DNA of 38,186 bases from Leptospiraceae bacterium (GTDB lineage: Bacteria > Spirochaetota > Leptospiria > Leptospirales > Leptospiraceae), in assembly GCA_016718635.1 (NCBI GenBank), contig JADKCW010000009.1:1-38186 (forward strand), in the 5' to 3' direction. Each line of letters begins with the position of its first letter. The stretch's first letter is position 1. Positions 17,812 to 28,976 of the stretch are shown in pieces. The position numbers and the translations under genes are program-made. The notes beneath the pieces were generated by a model. The model was not told where the DNA came from and searched no databases. It saw only the letters and a program-made list of their open reading frames with translations.

Positions 17812-20520
17812 ATGTTTCAAAATTATCAATTAAATCTAAGCTTATTTTTAGTTTTATAGGAGTGCTTTTCTTATTCTTGGGAACAGCAATATATAATTTA
17901 TTTGGATTAAACGAAATTCAGCATTCGGTCAATGATATTGTCAATGATAGAATTCCAAAGATTCTAACTTTGCATGAAATGAATAATAATATTAATCAGA
18001 CAGCCCGTTCCACTAGAAGTATACTTTTACTGGAAGATATAAAAGAAATTCAGAAGGAAAGAGATATTATTATTAATATCAGAGACGAAAAGAATCCAAG
18101 GATCATTGAATATTTAAAGACTGTAGTTAGACGCGAAAGAGGAAAAGAATTATTAGCCGATGTAATGAAGACGAGAAGTGCATATGTAGAGACTTTAAAT
18201 CAGTATTTAGATTTATTCGATAGTGGCAAAAAGAAGAGGCAAAGAAATTACTTCTATCAGAACTAAGACCAAGACAGCATGATCTTTCAAAAGCAGTAGC
18301 AAGTTTCAGTGATTACCAAAAGATATTATTACTTCAGAAGGCGCAAAGACAGATGCAAGTGTAAAGAAAATATTTTTAGCCTTTTCTATCATTTCCATTC
18401 TTGCGACAATCATCATCATACTCGTTACGATTTTTACCACGAAGAGCATCAATCGCATTACTTCAAGAATGGATCAATTTATTTCTGATATAAATATTTT
18501 TGTTGTTGGTTTAGAATCAAAAGGCGATTTTTCTTCTAGATTACAAGTTACTCATAATGATGAGATGGGCAAAACATCAGAAGCCTTGAATCGATTGATG
18601 AATATGTTTCAGACAATGCTTACAGAAACTAATATGCTTTCTAAAGCAGCTATAGAAGGAAGACTAAGCACAAGAGCCAAGATCGATTCTTATATTGGTG
18701 ATTTTAAGAGTATTCTAGAAGGGGTTAATAAGACGATTGATTCATTAGTTGGATTTCTAGATCAAATGCCAATTCCAGCAATGATTATTGACAAGGAATA
18801 CAATGTTCTTTATATGAATTCCGCCGGTGCAAAATTAAATGGACGAACAGGTAAAGAATTAACAGGAACAAAATGCTTTGATCATTTTAAGACGAATGAC
18901 TGTAAAACGGAAAATTGTGCCTGTTATTTGACAATGCGGGATAATCGAAATATTGCGCGAGATAACGTAGCAAGACCTGGAAATTTAGTCTTAGATATTA
19001 ATTATTCTGCCGTTCCTATCAAGAACGAAAAGGGAGAAGTTGTTGCTGCCTTTGAAGTTGTAATGGATCAAACCCAAATTAAAAATGCGATGGGAGTTTC
19101 CAAAAAGATTGGAGAATACCAAATCAAAGAAGTTACAAAATTAGTTGACGCATTAGGGAAATTGGAGAATGGAAATACAAGTATTGCCATCAAACCAGAA
19201 GAATCAGATCAAGATACTAAATTGGTTAAAGAGCAATATGAAAAAATTTATGTATCACTTGAGCAAACCGTTCAAGCACTTACACTTTTAGTGACAGATG
19301 CTAATATGCTTTCCCGCGCAGGCATTGAAGGTAAACTTTCAACAAGAGCAGATGCATCAAAGCACAAAGGCGATTTCCGAAAAGTAGTCGAAGGAATTAA
19401 TCAAACGTTAGACGCTCTAATTCTTCCGACTCAGGAAGCGACTAACGTATTAGTGGAGTTGTCTAAAGGAAATTTAAAATCCAAAGTTACCGGAGACTAT
19501 AAAGGTGACCATGCAATTCTTAAGAATGCGCTCAACTCAAGCCTCGGAACACTCAATGAGTATGTAGGAGAAATTTCTAGAGTTCTTTCTTCTATGTCGG
19601 CGGGCGACTTAACTGTTGAAATAAAAAAAGAGTTTAATGGTGATTTTGCGGAAATCAAAGAAGCCTTAAAACTTATCATTGAATCTTTCAATGACTTGAT
19701 CGGAGAGATCATGGATGCATCGGAGCAAATCTTTGTTAGCTCCAGACAAGTTGCTGATTCGAGTCAATCTCTTTCACAAGGATCAAATGAGCAAGCGAGT
19801 AGTATAGAAGAAATTACTGCTACTCTCTCTCTCATAGAACTCAAAGCTAAGGATAATGCCAATAATGCGAAGAATGCAAGTTATCGTGCTCTCAATGTAA
19901 AAGACCAAGCAGTATCAAGCAATAACGAAATGAAAGGGATGCTCAAAGCAATGGAAGAAATCAGTGAAACTTCTGAAAACATTGCTAAGATTATCAAAGA
20001 AATTGATGCAATTGCATTCCAAACAAACATACTCGCATTAAACGCCGCTGTAGAAGCAGCACGTGCAGGACAACATGGAAAAGGATTTAACGTAGTTGCA
20101 GAAGAAGTCCGTAACCTCGCATCTCGTAGTGCCAATGCTGCAAAAGAAACCACTAAGATGATTGAAGGTTCAATTAAAACGGTTCGTTCAGGTATGGACA
20201 TTGCGGGAAGAACTGCGGGCGAATTAAACAAGATGACTGCGGGTGTTGTAGAAGTTACTGATCTTGTAAAAGACATTGCAACAGCATCTGTCGAACAATC
20301 TTCTTCCGTTGTAGAGACCACTGCTGGCATCAATCAGATTTCGCAGGTGACTATGAGTGCAGCCGCAACAGCAGAAGAAAGTTCTGCGGCTAGTCTTGAG
20401 TTGTCGAGCCAAGCAGAAGCATTTCAAAATATGGTAAAAAGATTTAATATCAAAAAAACAAGAGATGATAAGAAAAGAGACGCGCAGACAACCGCAAAAA
20501 GAAGAATTGAACTGAAATAA
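17812..20520 (+). CDS. Methyl-accepting chemotaxis protein 2, with a Cys-rich PAS-like insert; at least three frameshifts in the N-terminal third
   Basis: MFQNYQLN.. then ..FIGVLFLFLGTAIYNLFGLNEIQHSVNDIVNDRIPKILTLHEMNNNINQTAR.. parallels the MCP3 N-terminus ([56 protein letters not shown]). TM2 and HAMP follow (..FLAFSIISILATIIIILVTIF..). There is a PAS-like insert FLDQMPIPAMIIDKEYNVLYMNSAGAKLNGRTGKELTGTKCFDHFKTNDCKTENCACYLTMRDN...VVAAFEVVMDQT. Then come HAMP repeats and a signalling domain about 97% identical in nucleotide sequence to that of MCP1. Confidence 0.75.
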
Positions 20521-20530
20521 GGAGAAGTTT

Positions 20531-21028
20531 ATGGTAACAGCAACAGTAGATGAAGAAATAGAGGAAGACTCACAGGATACGATGGAAGATTTATATATTA
20601 TCTTTTTCATTGATGGAAGAGAATATGGAATAGAGATTCGTTACTTGATTGAAATCATTGCATTTCAACCCGTTACATTTGTTCCAAATCTTCCTAAGTA
20701 TGTAAAGGGAGTCCTTAACTTACGAGGAAAAATTATTCCTGTTCTAGATGTGCGAACCCGATTTGGAATGCCGTCGATCGACTATACCGAGAATACTTGC
20801 ATATTAATTCTAAACTTTAACAACTTAAGTGCCAGTCTGATTGTCGATGGAGTCAAAGAAGTATTAAAAATTCCAAAAGATAATATTGAGCCTTCGCCTG
20901 GATTCGAAGAAGCTAATGTAGAACGATTCGTAGATTCCATCGGTAAGTCCGGTGACACCTTGAAAATATTGATCAATGTTGAAAAATTCATTCATGAGAA
21001 AGATATAAAGGAAATTATTGCTCCTTAA
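20531..21028 (+). CDS. cheW: CheW coupling protein (copy 1)
   Basis: 165 aa. ..YIIFFIDGREYGIEIRYLIEIIAFQPVTFVPNLPKYVKGVLNLRGKIIPVLDVRTRFGMP..ILILNFNNLSASLIVDGVKEVLKIPKDNIEPSP.. is a canonical CheW. A Shine-Dalgarno site aaggag is 11 nt after the MCP2 stop. Confidence 0.85.
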   Translation: MVTATVDEEIEEDSQDTMEDLYIIFFIDGREYGIEIRYLIEIIAFQPVTFVPNLPKYVKGVLNLRGKIIPVLDVRTRFGMPSIDYTENTCILILNFNNLSASLIVDGVKEVLKIPKDNIEPSPGFEEANVERFVDSIGKSGDTLKILINVEKFIHEKDIKEIIAP

Positions 21029-21334
21029 AAAAGTTTGCACTCTCATGAATGATAAATATCAGAAGAGAGAATTAATTTATTTCTATCAAATTAATTCACT
21101 CTTCTATATTGTGATATTTATCACTGAGTAGTATTATTTCTTTCCTACTGAGTTGATAATTTGAAAAATAGTTTGCCAACTTAAAGAGTGTTCTTTAGTG
21201 TGTTTATGCTACGTATTTAATTCGGGTTTTTTACAGAGAATCCACTTGCTTGTCAAAAATCGGACTTAAATTTAGCAACAAAAAATTTGAAAATACGCGC
21301 AAGCAAATCAAATTAATTAAATAGAGGAATTTTT

Positions 21335-24300
21335 ATGTTTAAAAACCTAAGTATTAAAAACAAATTATTATCACTGTTTATAGGAATCATTCTTTTTTTT
21401 GCAGGTTTGATTTTCTATTCTATAAAACAGATGGATTCTGTCGCAGCAGTTGCAGACAAATTGGCAAATGATAGAATTCCCAAAGTAATGGCTTTAGCGG
21501 AGATTTCGAAGAATGTCAATATCATTGCAAGAGCCGCTCGGAACATGTATATCTTCAGAGAAAAATCAATGGTTGATGAAGAAAAAAATACCATTCTCAA
21601 ATCCAGAGAAATCATCGGACAAAAATTTGACTATTTAAAGCCCATTATCAAAAATCCAAAAGGACAGGAGATTTTGACAGAGGCAATGCAGACTCGCTCC
21701 GAGTTTATCAAAGCGCAAGACTCTTTTATTTCCGCAATCGAAAGGGATGACAAAGACGAAGCTTACAATATATTAATCAAAGACTTCCGTCCTATTCAAT
21801 TAAAATACATCGGTCACTTAGATAAATTATTAGAATTTCAAGCCACCTTTGCTCAAAATGAAGCAAACCTGTCTGTAGGAAATATAATCGAAGTTACCAA
21901 TAGAATATCATGGATTTCTATTCTATTTGGAATACTCGTAGCTTATCTTGGTTATACAATCGTAACCTCCATTCTTAATTCCATTCGTAATCTGGAAAAA
22001 AATGTCAATGAAATCGGGAAAGAAGGTAACTTTGATACAAAAATAGAAACCGATTCTACAGATGAAATCGGGGTATTTGCCGGAAGCTTTAAAGAGATGA
22101 TGAAAGGTATGAAGGACATGCTCGCTGATGCCAACATGCTTTCCCGCGCTGCCGTTGAAGGAAGACTTGCTACAAGAGCGGACGCAACGAAATACAAAGG
22201 TGATATGCGCAAAATTGTAGAAGGGGTTAATCAGACATTAGACTCTGTAATCAATCCTCTCAACGTTGCTGCTGATTACGTAGAGAAAATCTCTCGTGGT
22301 GCTATCCCTGCTAAAATTACTGACACTTACAACGGTGATTTCAATGTTCTTAAAAACAACATAAACAATGCTATTGATAATGTAAACGCACTTGTGGCTG
22401 ATGCCGGTATGCTTGCGAAAGCAGCAGTAGAAGGTAAACTTGCAACTCGCGCTGATGCTACTAAGCACCAAGGCGATTATCGCAAGATTGTAGAAGGGGT
22501 TAACCAGACATTAGACTCTGTAATCAATCCTCTCAACGTTGCCGCTGATTATGTAGATAAAATCTCCCGTGGTGCAATACCTGCTAAGATTACAGATCAA
22601 TACAACGGTGACTTTAACGTTCTAAAGAACAACTTAAACAATGCAATTGATAATGTAAACGCACTTGTGGCTGATGCCAGTATGCTTGCGAAAGCAGCAG
22701 TAGAAGGTAAGCTTGCAACACGTGCTGATGCTACTAAACACCAAGGCGACTATCGTAAGATTGTAGAAGGGGTTAACCAGACATTAGACTCTGTTATCAA
22801 TCCTCTCAATGTTGCAGCAGATTACGTTGATAAAATATCCCGTGGCGCAATCCCTGCAAAGATTACTGACACTTACAATGGTGACTTTAACACAATTAAG
22901 AACAACTTGAACAACGCTATCGACAATGTAAATTCACTTGTGGCTGATGCCGGTATGCTTGCGAAAGCAGCTATCGAAGGTAAGCTTGCAACTCGTGCTG
23001 ATGCTACTAAACACCAAGGCGACTATCGTAAGATTGTGGAAGGAGTTAATCAGACGTTAGACTCGGTGATTGGACCTCTCAATGTTGCAGCGGATTATGT
23101 AGATAAAATTTCCCGTGGTGCTATTCCTGCTAAGATTACCGACACTTACAACGGTGACTTCAACGTTCTAAAGAACAACTTAAACAATGCAATTGATAAT
23201 GTAAACGCACTTGTGGCTGATGCCGGTATGCTTGCGAAAGCAGCCGTAGAAGGTAAACTTGCAACTCGTGCTGATGCTACTAAACACCAAGGCGATTATC
23301 GCAAGATTGTAGAAGGGGTTAATCAGACGTTAGACTCTGTTATCAATCCTCTCAACGTTGCCGCTGATTATGTAGACAAAATTTCTCGTGGTGCAATACC
23401 TGAAAAAATCACTGCTACTTACAATGGTGACTTTAATACAATTAAGAATAACTTAAACAATGCGATTGATAATGTAAACGCACTTGTAGCTGATGCCGGT
23501 ATGCTTGCGAAAGCAGCAGTAGAAGGTAAACTTGCAACTCGTGCTGATGCTACTAAACACCAAGGCGACTATCGTAAGATTGTGGAAGGGGTTAATCAGA
23601 CATTAGACTCTGTTATTGGTCCTCTTAACGTTGCCGCGGATTATGTAGATCGTATTGCGAAAGGAAACACACCTCCAATTATTACTGATACGTATAATGG
23701 CGATTTCAACACTCTAAAGAATAACCTCAATTTGGCGATCAATGCGATTAACCAACAAGCAGAGGCAGCAGTTGCCATTTCTGAAGGAAATCTCTCCGTC
23801 AAAGTAAATGTTCGCTCTGAAAATGATTTACTCTCAAAGAGTTTAATCACTGTTATGCAAGTCTTGCAAGCCTTACAAAAAGAATTACTTCGTCTTACAG
23901 AAGCCTCTAAAGCAGGTATGTTAGATGAAAGAGGAAAACCAGAACAATTCAAAGGTGCCTATGCAGATGTTTTAATTGGCGTAAACACAATGCTCGATGC
24001 GATTCTAATTCCAATAGGGGAAGGAAATAGAGTATTAAGACTTATTAGAGGCGGAAATTTACGGGAACGAGTAGAGATTGAATGTCGTGGTGATCATCAA
24101 AAAATGAAAGATGCCGTCAACGGAGTCATTTGTGGCTTACTGATCTTGTAGCCTATGTAAATAAGATATCTAACGGTGATTTGACTGCAACAATGAACAA
24201 AGCTTCCGAACAAGATCAAATTCATGAGTGGTTGATGCTAATGAAAAATAATATCGGCAACCTCGTCTCTGATGCCGGTATGCTTTCAAAAGCGGCTATC

Positions 24301-26586
24301 GAAGGTAAGCTTGCAACACGTGCTGATGCTACTAAACACCAAGGTGACTATCGTAGAATTGTAGAAGGGGTTAATCAGACGTTAGACTCGGTAATCGGTC
24401 CTCTTAACGTTGCTGCTGATTATGTTGATAAAATCTCTCGTGGTGCTATCCCTGAAAAGATCAGCGATACTTATAACGGTGACTTTAATGTTATCAAGAA
24501 CAACTTAAACAATGCGATTGATAATGTAAACGCACTTGTGGCTGATGCCGGTATGCTCGCGAAAGCAGCTATTGAAGGTAAGCTCGCAACACGTGCGGAT
24601 GCAACTAAACACCAAGGCGACTATCGTAAAATTGTAGAAGGGGTTAATCAGACGTTAGACTCTGTGATCGGTCCTCTCAATGTAGCCGCTGATTATGTTG
24701 ATAAAATCTCTCGTGGTGCTATTCCTGCTAAGATTACTGACACTTACAACGGTGACTTCAACGTTATCAAGAACAACTTAAACAATGCGATTGATAATGT
24801 AAACGCACTTGTGGCTGATGCCGGTATGCTTGCGAAAGCAGCAGTAGAAGGTAAGCTTGCAACTCGCGCTGATGCGACTAAACACCAAGGCGATTATCGT
24901 AAAATTGTAGAAGGAGTTAACCAGACGTTAGACTCTGTGATAGGTCCTCTTAATGTTGCCGCGGATTATGTAGATAAAATTTCCCGCGGGGCTATTCCGA
25001 CTAAGATTACGGATACTTACAATGGAGACTTTAACACAATTAAAAACAACTTAAACAACGCAATTGATAATGTAAATGCTCTCGTGGCTGATGCCGGTAT
25101 GCTTGCGAAAGCAGCTATTGACGGTAAGCTTGCAACACGTGCAGATGCTACTAAACACCAGGGCGACTATCGTAGAATTGTGGAAGGAGTTAATCAGACA
25201 TTAGACTCGGTGATCGGTCCACTTAACGTTGCTGCTGATTATGTAGATAGAATTTCTCGCGGTGCAATTCCAAATCAAATTACGGATACTTATAATGGGG
25301 ATTTTAACACTCTAAAGAACAACCTTAATCGTTGTATTGAAAACGTAAACGCACTTGTGGCTGATGCAGGTATGCTTGCGAAAGCGGCTATTGATGGTAA
25401 GCTTGCAACTCGTGCAGATGCGACCAAACACCAAGGTGACTTCCGTAAGATTGTGGATGGGGTAAACAACACATTAGACGCTGTTATCCTTCCAGTGCAA
25501 GAAGCTTCCGCAGTGTTGCTAGAATTGTCTAAAGGAAACTTAAAAGCTAGAATGCTCGGTGATTACAAGGGAGATCATGCTACTATTAAGACTGCTCTTA
25601 ATACAAGTCTGGTAACGTTAAACGATTATGTGGGGGAAATTTCGCGTATCCTCTCTTCTATGTCAGCAGGTGACTTAACTGTTGAAGTAACAAAAGACTT
25701 TATGGGAGATTTCGCTGAGATTAAAAAAGCACTCACTCTCATCGTTGATTCCTTCAATGAGCTCATTGGTGAAATCATCAATGCTTCGGATCAAATCCTC
25801 ATTAGCTCTAGACAAGTGGCTGACTCCAGCCAATCTCTCTCGCAAGGATCAAACGAACAAGCTAGTAGCGTAGAAGAGATTACTTCAACGCTGGCAGTAA
25901 TCGAACTCAAAGCTAAGGATAACGCGAAGAATGCGAAGGACGCAAGTGACCAAGCTATGAACGTGAAAGACCAAGCAGTTTCTAGTAATAACGAAATGAA
26001 GGGAATGCTCAAAGCGATGGAAGAAATCAGTGAAACTTCCGAAAACATTGCGAAGATTATCAAAGAAATTGATGCAATCGCATTCCAAACAAATATACTC
26101 GCATTAAACGCTGCGGTGGAAGCTGCCCGTGCAGGTCAACATGGAAAAGGATTTAACGTGGTGGCGGAAGAAGTTCGTAATCTCGCTTCTCGTAGCGCGA
26201 ATGCTGCGAAAGAAACCACTAAGATGATTGAAGGCTCGATTAAAACAGTTCGCTCTGGTATGGACATTGCGGGAAGAACTGCAAACGAATTGAATAAGAT
26301 GACAGCTGGTGTTGTAGATGTTACAGAGCTAGTGAAAGACATCGCGAGTGCTTCGATTGAGCAGTCTTCGTCGGTAGTAGAGACTACAACTGGTATCAAT
26401 CAGATTTCACAGGTGACAATGAGTGCTGCTGCTACAGCAGAAGAAAGCTCAGCAGCTAGTCTTGAGTTGTCTAGCCAAGCAGAAGCATTCCAAACAATGG
26501 TAAAAAGATTTCAAATTAAGAAATCAAAAGATGATAAAAGAAGAGACCAACAATCTGGCGGAAAGAAAAAAATTGATTTGAAGTAA
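21335..26586 (+). CDS. Giant poly-HAMP methyl-accepting chemotaxis protein 3 (about 1750 aa if read through one frameshift at about 24125)
   Basis: ORF 21335..24151 plus ORF 24130..26586. A +1 shift in ggagtcatttgtggcttactga restores ..[27 protein letters not shown]... Architecture: TM1, 4HB-type periplasmic domain, TM2, HAMP, 6 tandem di-HAMP units, a divergent HAMP-like linker of about 170 aa, 5 more di-HAMP units, 2 HAMP, then the MCP signalling domain and a KR-rich tail. Confidence 0.8.
22127..23765 (+). repeat. Tandem array of six near-identical 273-nt (91-aa) coding repeats, each a di-HAMP unit, within MCP3
   Basis: Unit starts (gatgcc...) at 22127, 22400, 22673, 22946, 23219 and 23492. 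The period is exactly 273 nt. The unit is [91 protein letters not shown]. Each unit holds two HAMP-like helix-connector-helix segments of alternating type. Confidence 0.85.
24271..25635 (+). repeat. Second tandem array of five 273-nt di-HAMP coding repeats within MCP3
   Basis: Unit starts at 24271, 24544, 24817, 25090 and 25363. The last unit diverges (..[24 protein letters not shown]..). Confidence 0.85.
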
Positions 26587-26598
26587 GGAGTAAAGTGT

Positions 26599-27087
26599 AT
26601 GGTAACGACATTTGAAGAAGAACAATTAGAAGAATCTGAAGATACTATGGAGGATCTCTATATCATCTTTTTCATCGATGGAAGAGAGTATGGTATAGAG
26701 ATTCGTTACTTGATTGAAATCATTGCGTTTCAACCTGTGACTTTTGTTCCAAACTTACCAGAATATGTTAAGGGAGTAATCAACCTTCGAGGGAAGATTA
26801 TTCCCGTAATTGATGTGCGGCTAAGATTCGGTTTACCCAAGATAGACTATACCGAATTCACCTGCATATTGATTATGAATTTTAACAATCTAAGTGCAGG
26901 GCTTATCGTCGATGGAGTCAAAGAAGTTTTAAAAATTCCAAAAGATTGTATTGAGCCCTCACCAGGATTTGAAGAAGCAAATATGGAGCGATTCGTCGAT
27001 TCCATTGGAAAGTCAGGCGATACATTGAAAATATTGATCGACCTGAATAAGTTTATTCATGAGAAAGATGTAAAAGGAATTGCTTAG
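26599..27087 (+). CDS. cheW: CheW coupling protein (copy 2, paralogue of 20531..21028)
   Basis: 162 aa, roughly 85% identical to copy 1 (..YIIFFIDGREYGIEIRYLIEIIAFQPVTFVPNLPEYVKGVINLRGKIIPVIDVRLRFGLP..). Confidence 0.85.
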   Translation: MVTTFEEEQLEESEDTMEDLYIIFFIDGREYGIEIRYLIEIIAFQPVTFVPNLPEYVKGVINLRGKIIPVIDVRLRFGLPKIDYTEFTCILIMNFNNLSAGLIVDGVKEVLKIPKDCIEPSPGFEEANMERFVDSIGKSGDTLKILIDLNKFIHEKDVKGIA

Positions 27088-27095
27088 GTTCTACA

Positions 27096-28976
27096 ATGCT
27101 TGGAGAAAATGAACTTTCAGACCTTGTGCTTGATTCACAAGAGATATTGGATAAAGCAGAAGCAATTCTGATCCAATTGGAAAAAAGTTTAACTGAGTCA
27201 ACGGTTGACGCAGATAAGGTAAATTCATTATTCCGCTATTTCCATACACTCAAAGGAAATGCGGGATTTTTCAATTTCAATGTGATAGTAAACCTATCGC
27301 ATTCAGCAGAATCATTATTAGAGATTGTAAGAAATGACAATTCTCTTCTTGATCAAAAAATGATTCAGCTCTTCATGGAAGCAAGAGATACTCTATACGA
27401 AATATTCACAAATTTAAACGAAAACAAAACAGATACAATGTATAAAGAGAAGGCGGATACTTTAATTCCCCGACTCTTCTATATAAAAGAAAATCTAAAA
27501 GCAGAGTCTTCAGAGCCAAAGAAAGAAGAGCCTAGGTTTGGAATCTTCAAAAAGAAAATTGTGCTTTCTGATACTCCAATAACAGAAGAGGATAATAAGG
27601 AGTTGCCAGTTTCGAATGAACCTGCCCCTACTCCGGAAAATTCAGAATCTGATAAGTTAGATAAACATATTACAGAGAGAGCCACGCAAGAAAATCCTGT
27701 TTTAGAAAAAAAGATTCAAAATACTATAGAGGCAAATAACGGTAATTCGAATGGACAAGCTACAGTAAAAAGAGACATTCGAATCGAAACAGAGAAATTA
27801 GATTACCTACTAGACATGATTGGTGAGCTAGTGATAGCTGAATCTCTTGTAACTCAAAATCCAGACATCAAAGAACTAGATCTTCCGAACTTTTCTATTC
27901 AATCTTCCTATTTACGTAAAGTAGTCCGTAATCTACAAGAAGTATCCTTGCAGCTAAGGATGATTACCCTCGAAGGTTTGTTTAATAAAATGGAACGACT
28001 TGTTCGAGACTTAGCACAAAAAACAGGAAAGAAAGTGGGTCTTCAAGTTACGGGAAAAGAAACAGAAATTGATAAGAATGCCCTTGAAATATTAACAGAT
28101 CCACTAGTTCATATTATCCGCAACTGTATCGATCATGGATTGGAAACAGGCAAAGAGAGATTAGCCAAAGGCAAAGTAGAATCCGGTCATATCAAGATTG
28201 AAGCAATGCATTCAGGAAATGAAGTATGGATTATTATTTCTGATGATGGTGCAGGCTTAGATAGAGATAGAATTTTGAAAAAAGCAATGGCTCGCGGATT
28301 AATCAAAGAAGGAGAAGACGAAAATCTAAAAGACGAAAGAATTTGGGATTTTATTTTTCAACCTGGATTCTCGACTAGTGATAGAGTAACTGATATTTCA
28401 GGACGCGGAGTAGGACTTGATATAGTTCGCAGAAATATAGCAAAGATCAACGGCGATGTTGAAATCAAGACGAAAAAAGACCAGGGAGCATCGTTCATTC
28501 TAAAGCTACCTCTTACAATTGCTATCATTGAAGGTATGGTGGTAATCTACAACGGGGTATTCTATATTATCCCCACAATAGACGTAAAAGAAACACTGAA
28601 TTTGGCAGAATCGAAAATCGACTATATCGATCAGGACAAAAAAGTAATTCGCTTCCGAGAGCAGCTAATACCCGTTGTCTCCGTAGAGAGATTACTCAAT
28701 CACGATTCAAGTGACAAGGACTCTAACTACGAAAATTCTTTATATGTAATTATTGTGGAGTATAAGAATAATTCGCTAGCCCTAGTATTTGATGGAATTG
28801 TAGGAAATCAATCGGTTGTAATTAAACCAATTCCAGATTATTTAAAAGGAACAAAGGGCTTTTCAGGTTGCACAATCCTGGGAAGTGGGAATATTGGAAT
28901 GATTCTAGACATTAGATTCTTTATTAATAATTACTACAAGGAAAACAAAGAATCCGAAGCAGCACATGGACAATAA
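27096..28976 (+). CDS. cheA: CheA histidine kinase (P1 HPt, P3 dimerisation, P4 HATPase, P5 CheW-like; no obvious P2)
   Basis: 626 aa. The HPt region is ..FRYFHTLKGNAGFFNF... P3 is ..IRIETEKLDYLLDMIGELVIAESLV... P4 has ..HIIRNCIDHGLE.. and ..GRGVGLDIVRRNI... P5 is ..LPLTIAIIEGMVV..SLALVFDGIVGNQSVVIKPI... Confidence 0.9.
   Translation: MLGENELSDLVLDSQEILDKAEAILIQLEKSLTESTVDADKVNSLFRYFHTLKGNAGFFNFNVIVNLSHSAESLLEIVRNDNSLLDQKMIQLFMEARDTLYEIFTNLNENKTDTMYKEKADTLIPRLFYIKENLKAESSEPKKEEPRFGIFKKKIVLSDTPITEEDNKELPVSNEPAPTPENSESDKLDKHITERATQENPVLEKKIQNTIEANNGNSNGQATVKRDIRIETEKLDYLLDMIGELVIAESLVTQNPDIKELDLPNFSIQSSYLRKVVRNLQEVSLQLRMITLEGLFNKMERLVRDLAQKTGKKVGLQVTGKETEIDKNALEILTDPLVHIIRNCIDHGLETGKERLAKGKVESGHIKIEAMHSGNEVWIIISDDGAGLDRDRILKKAMARGLIKEGEDENLKDERIWDFIFQPGFSTSDRVTDISGRGVGLDIVRRNIAKINGDVEIKTKKDQGASFILKLPLTIAIIEGMVVIYNGVFYIIPTIDVKETLNLAESKIDYIDQDKKVIRFREQLIPVVSVERLLNHDSSDKDSNYENSLYVIIVEYKNNSLALVFDGIVGNQSVVIKPIPDYLKGTKGFSGCTILGSGNIGMILDIRFFINNYYKENKESEAAHGQ

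Noticed and set aside
22127-25635. The regular 273-nt repeats might be a CRISPR array or a non-coding satellite.
   Set aside because: The repeats are in frame inside one long ORF and translate to HAMP-like helix-connector-helix units. There are no short spacers of unique sequence, and the period is far longer than CRISPR repeats.
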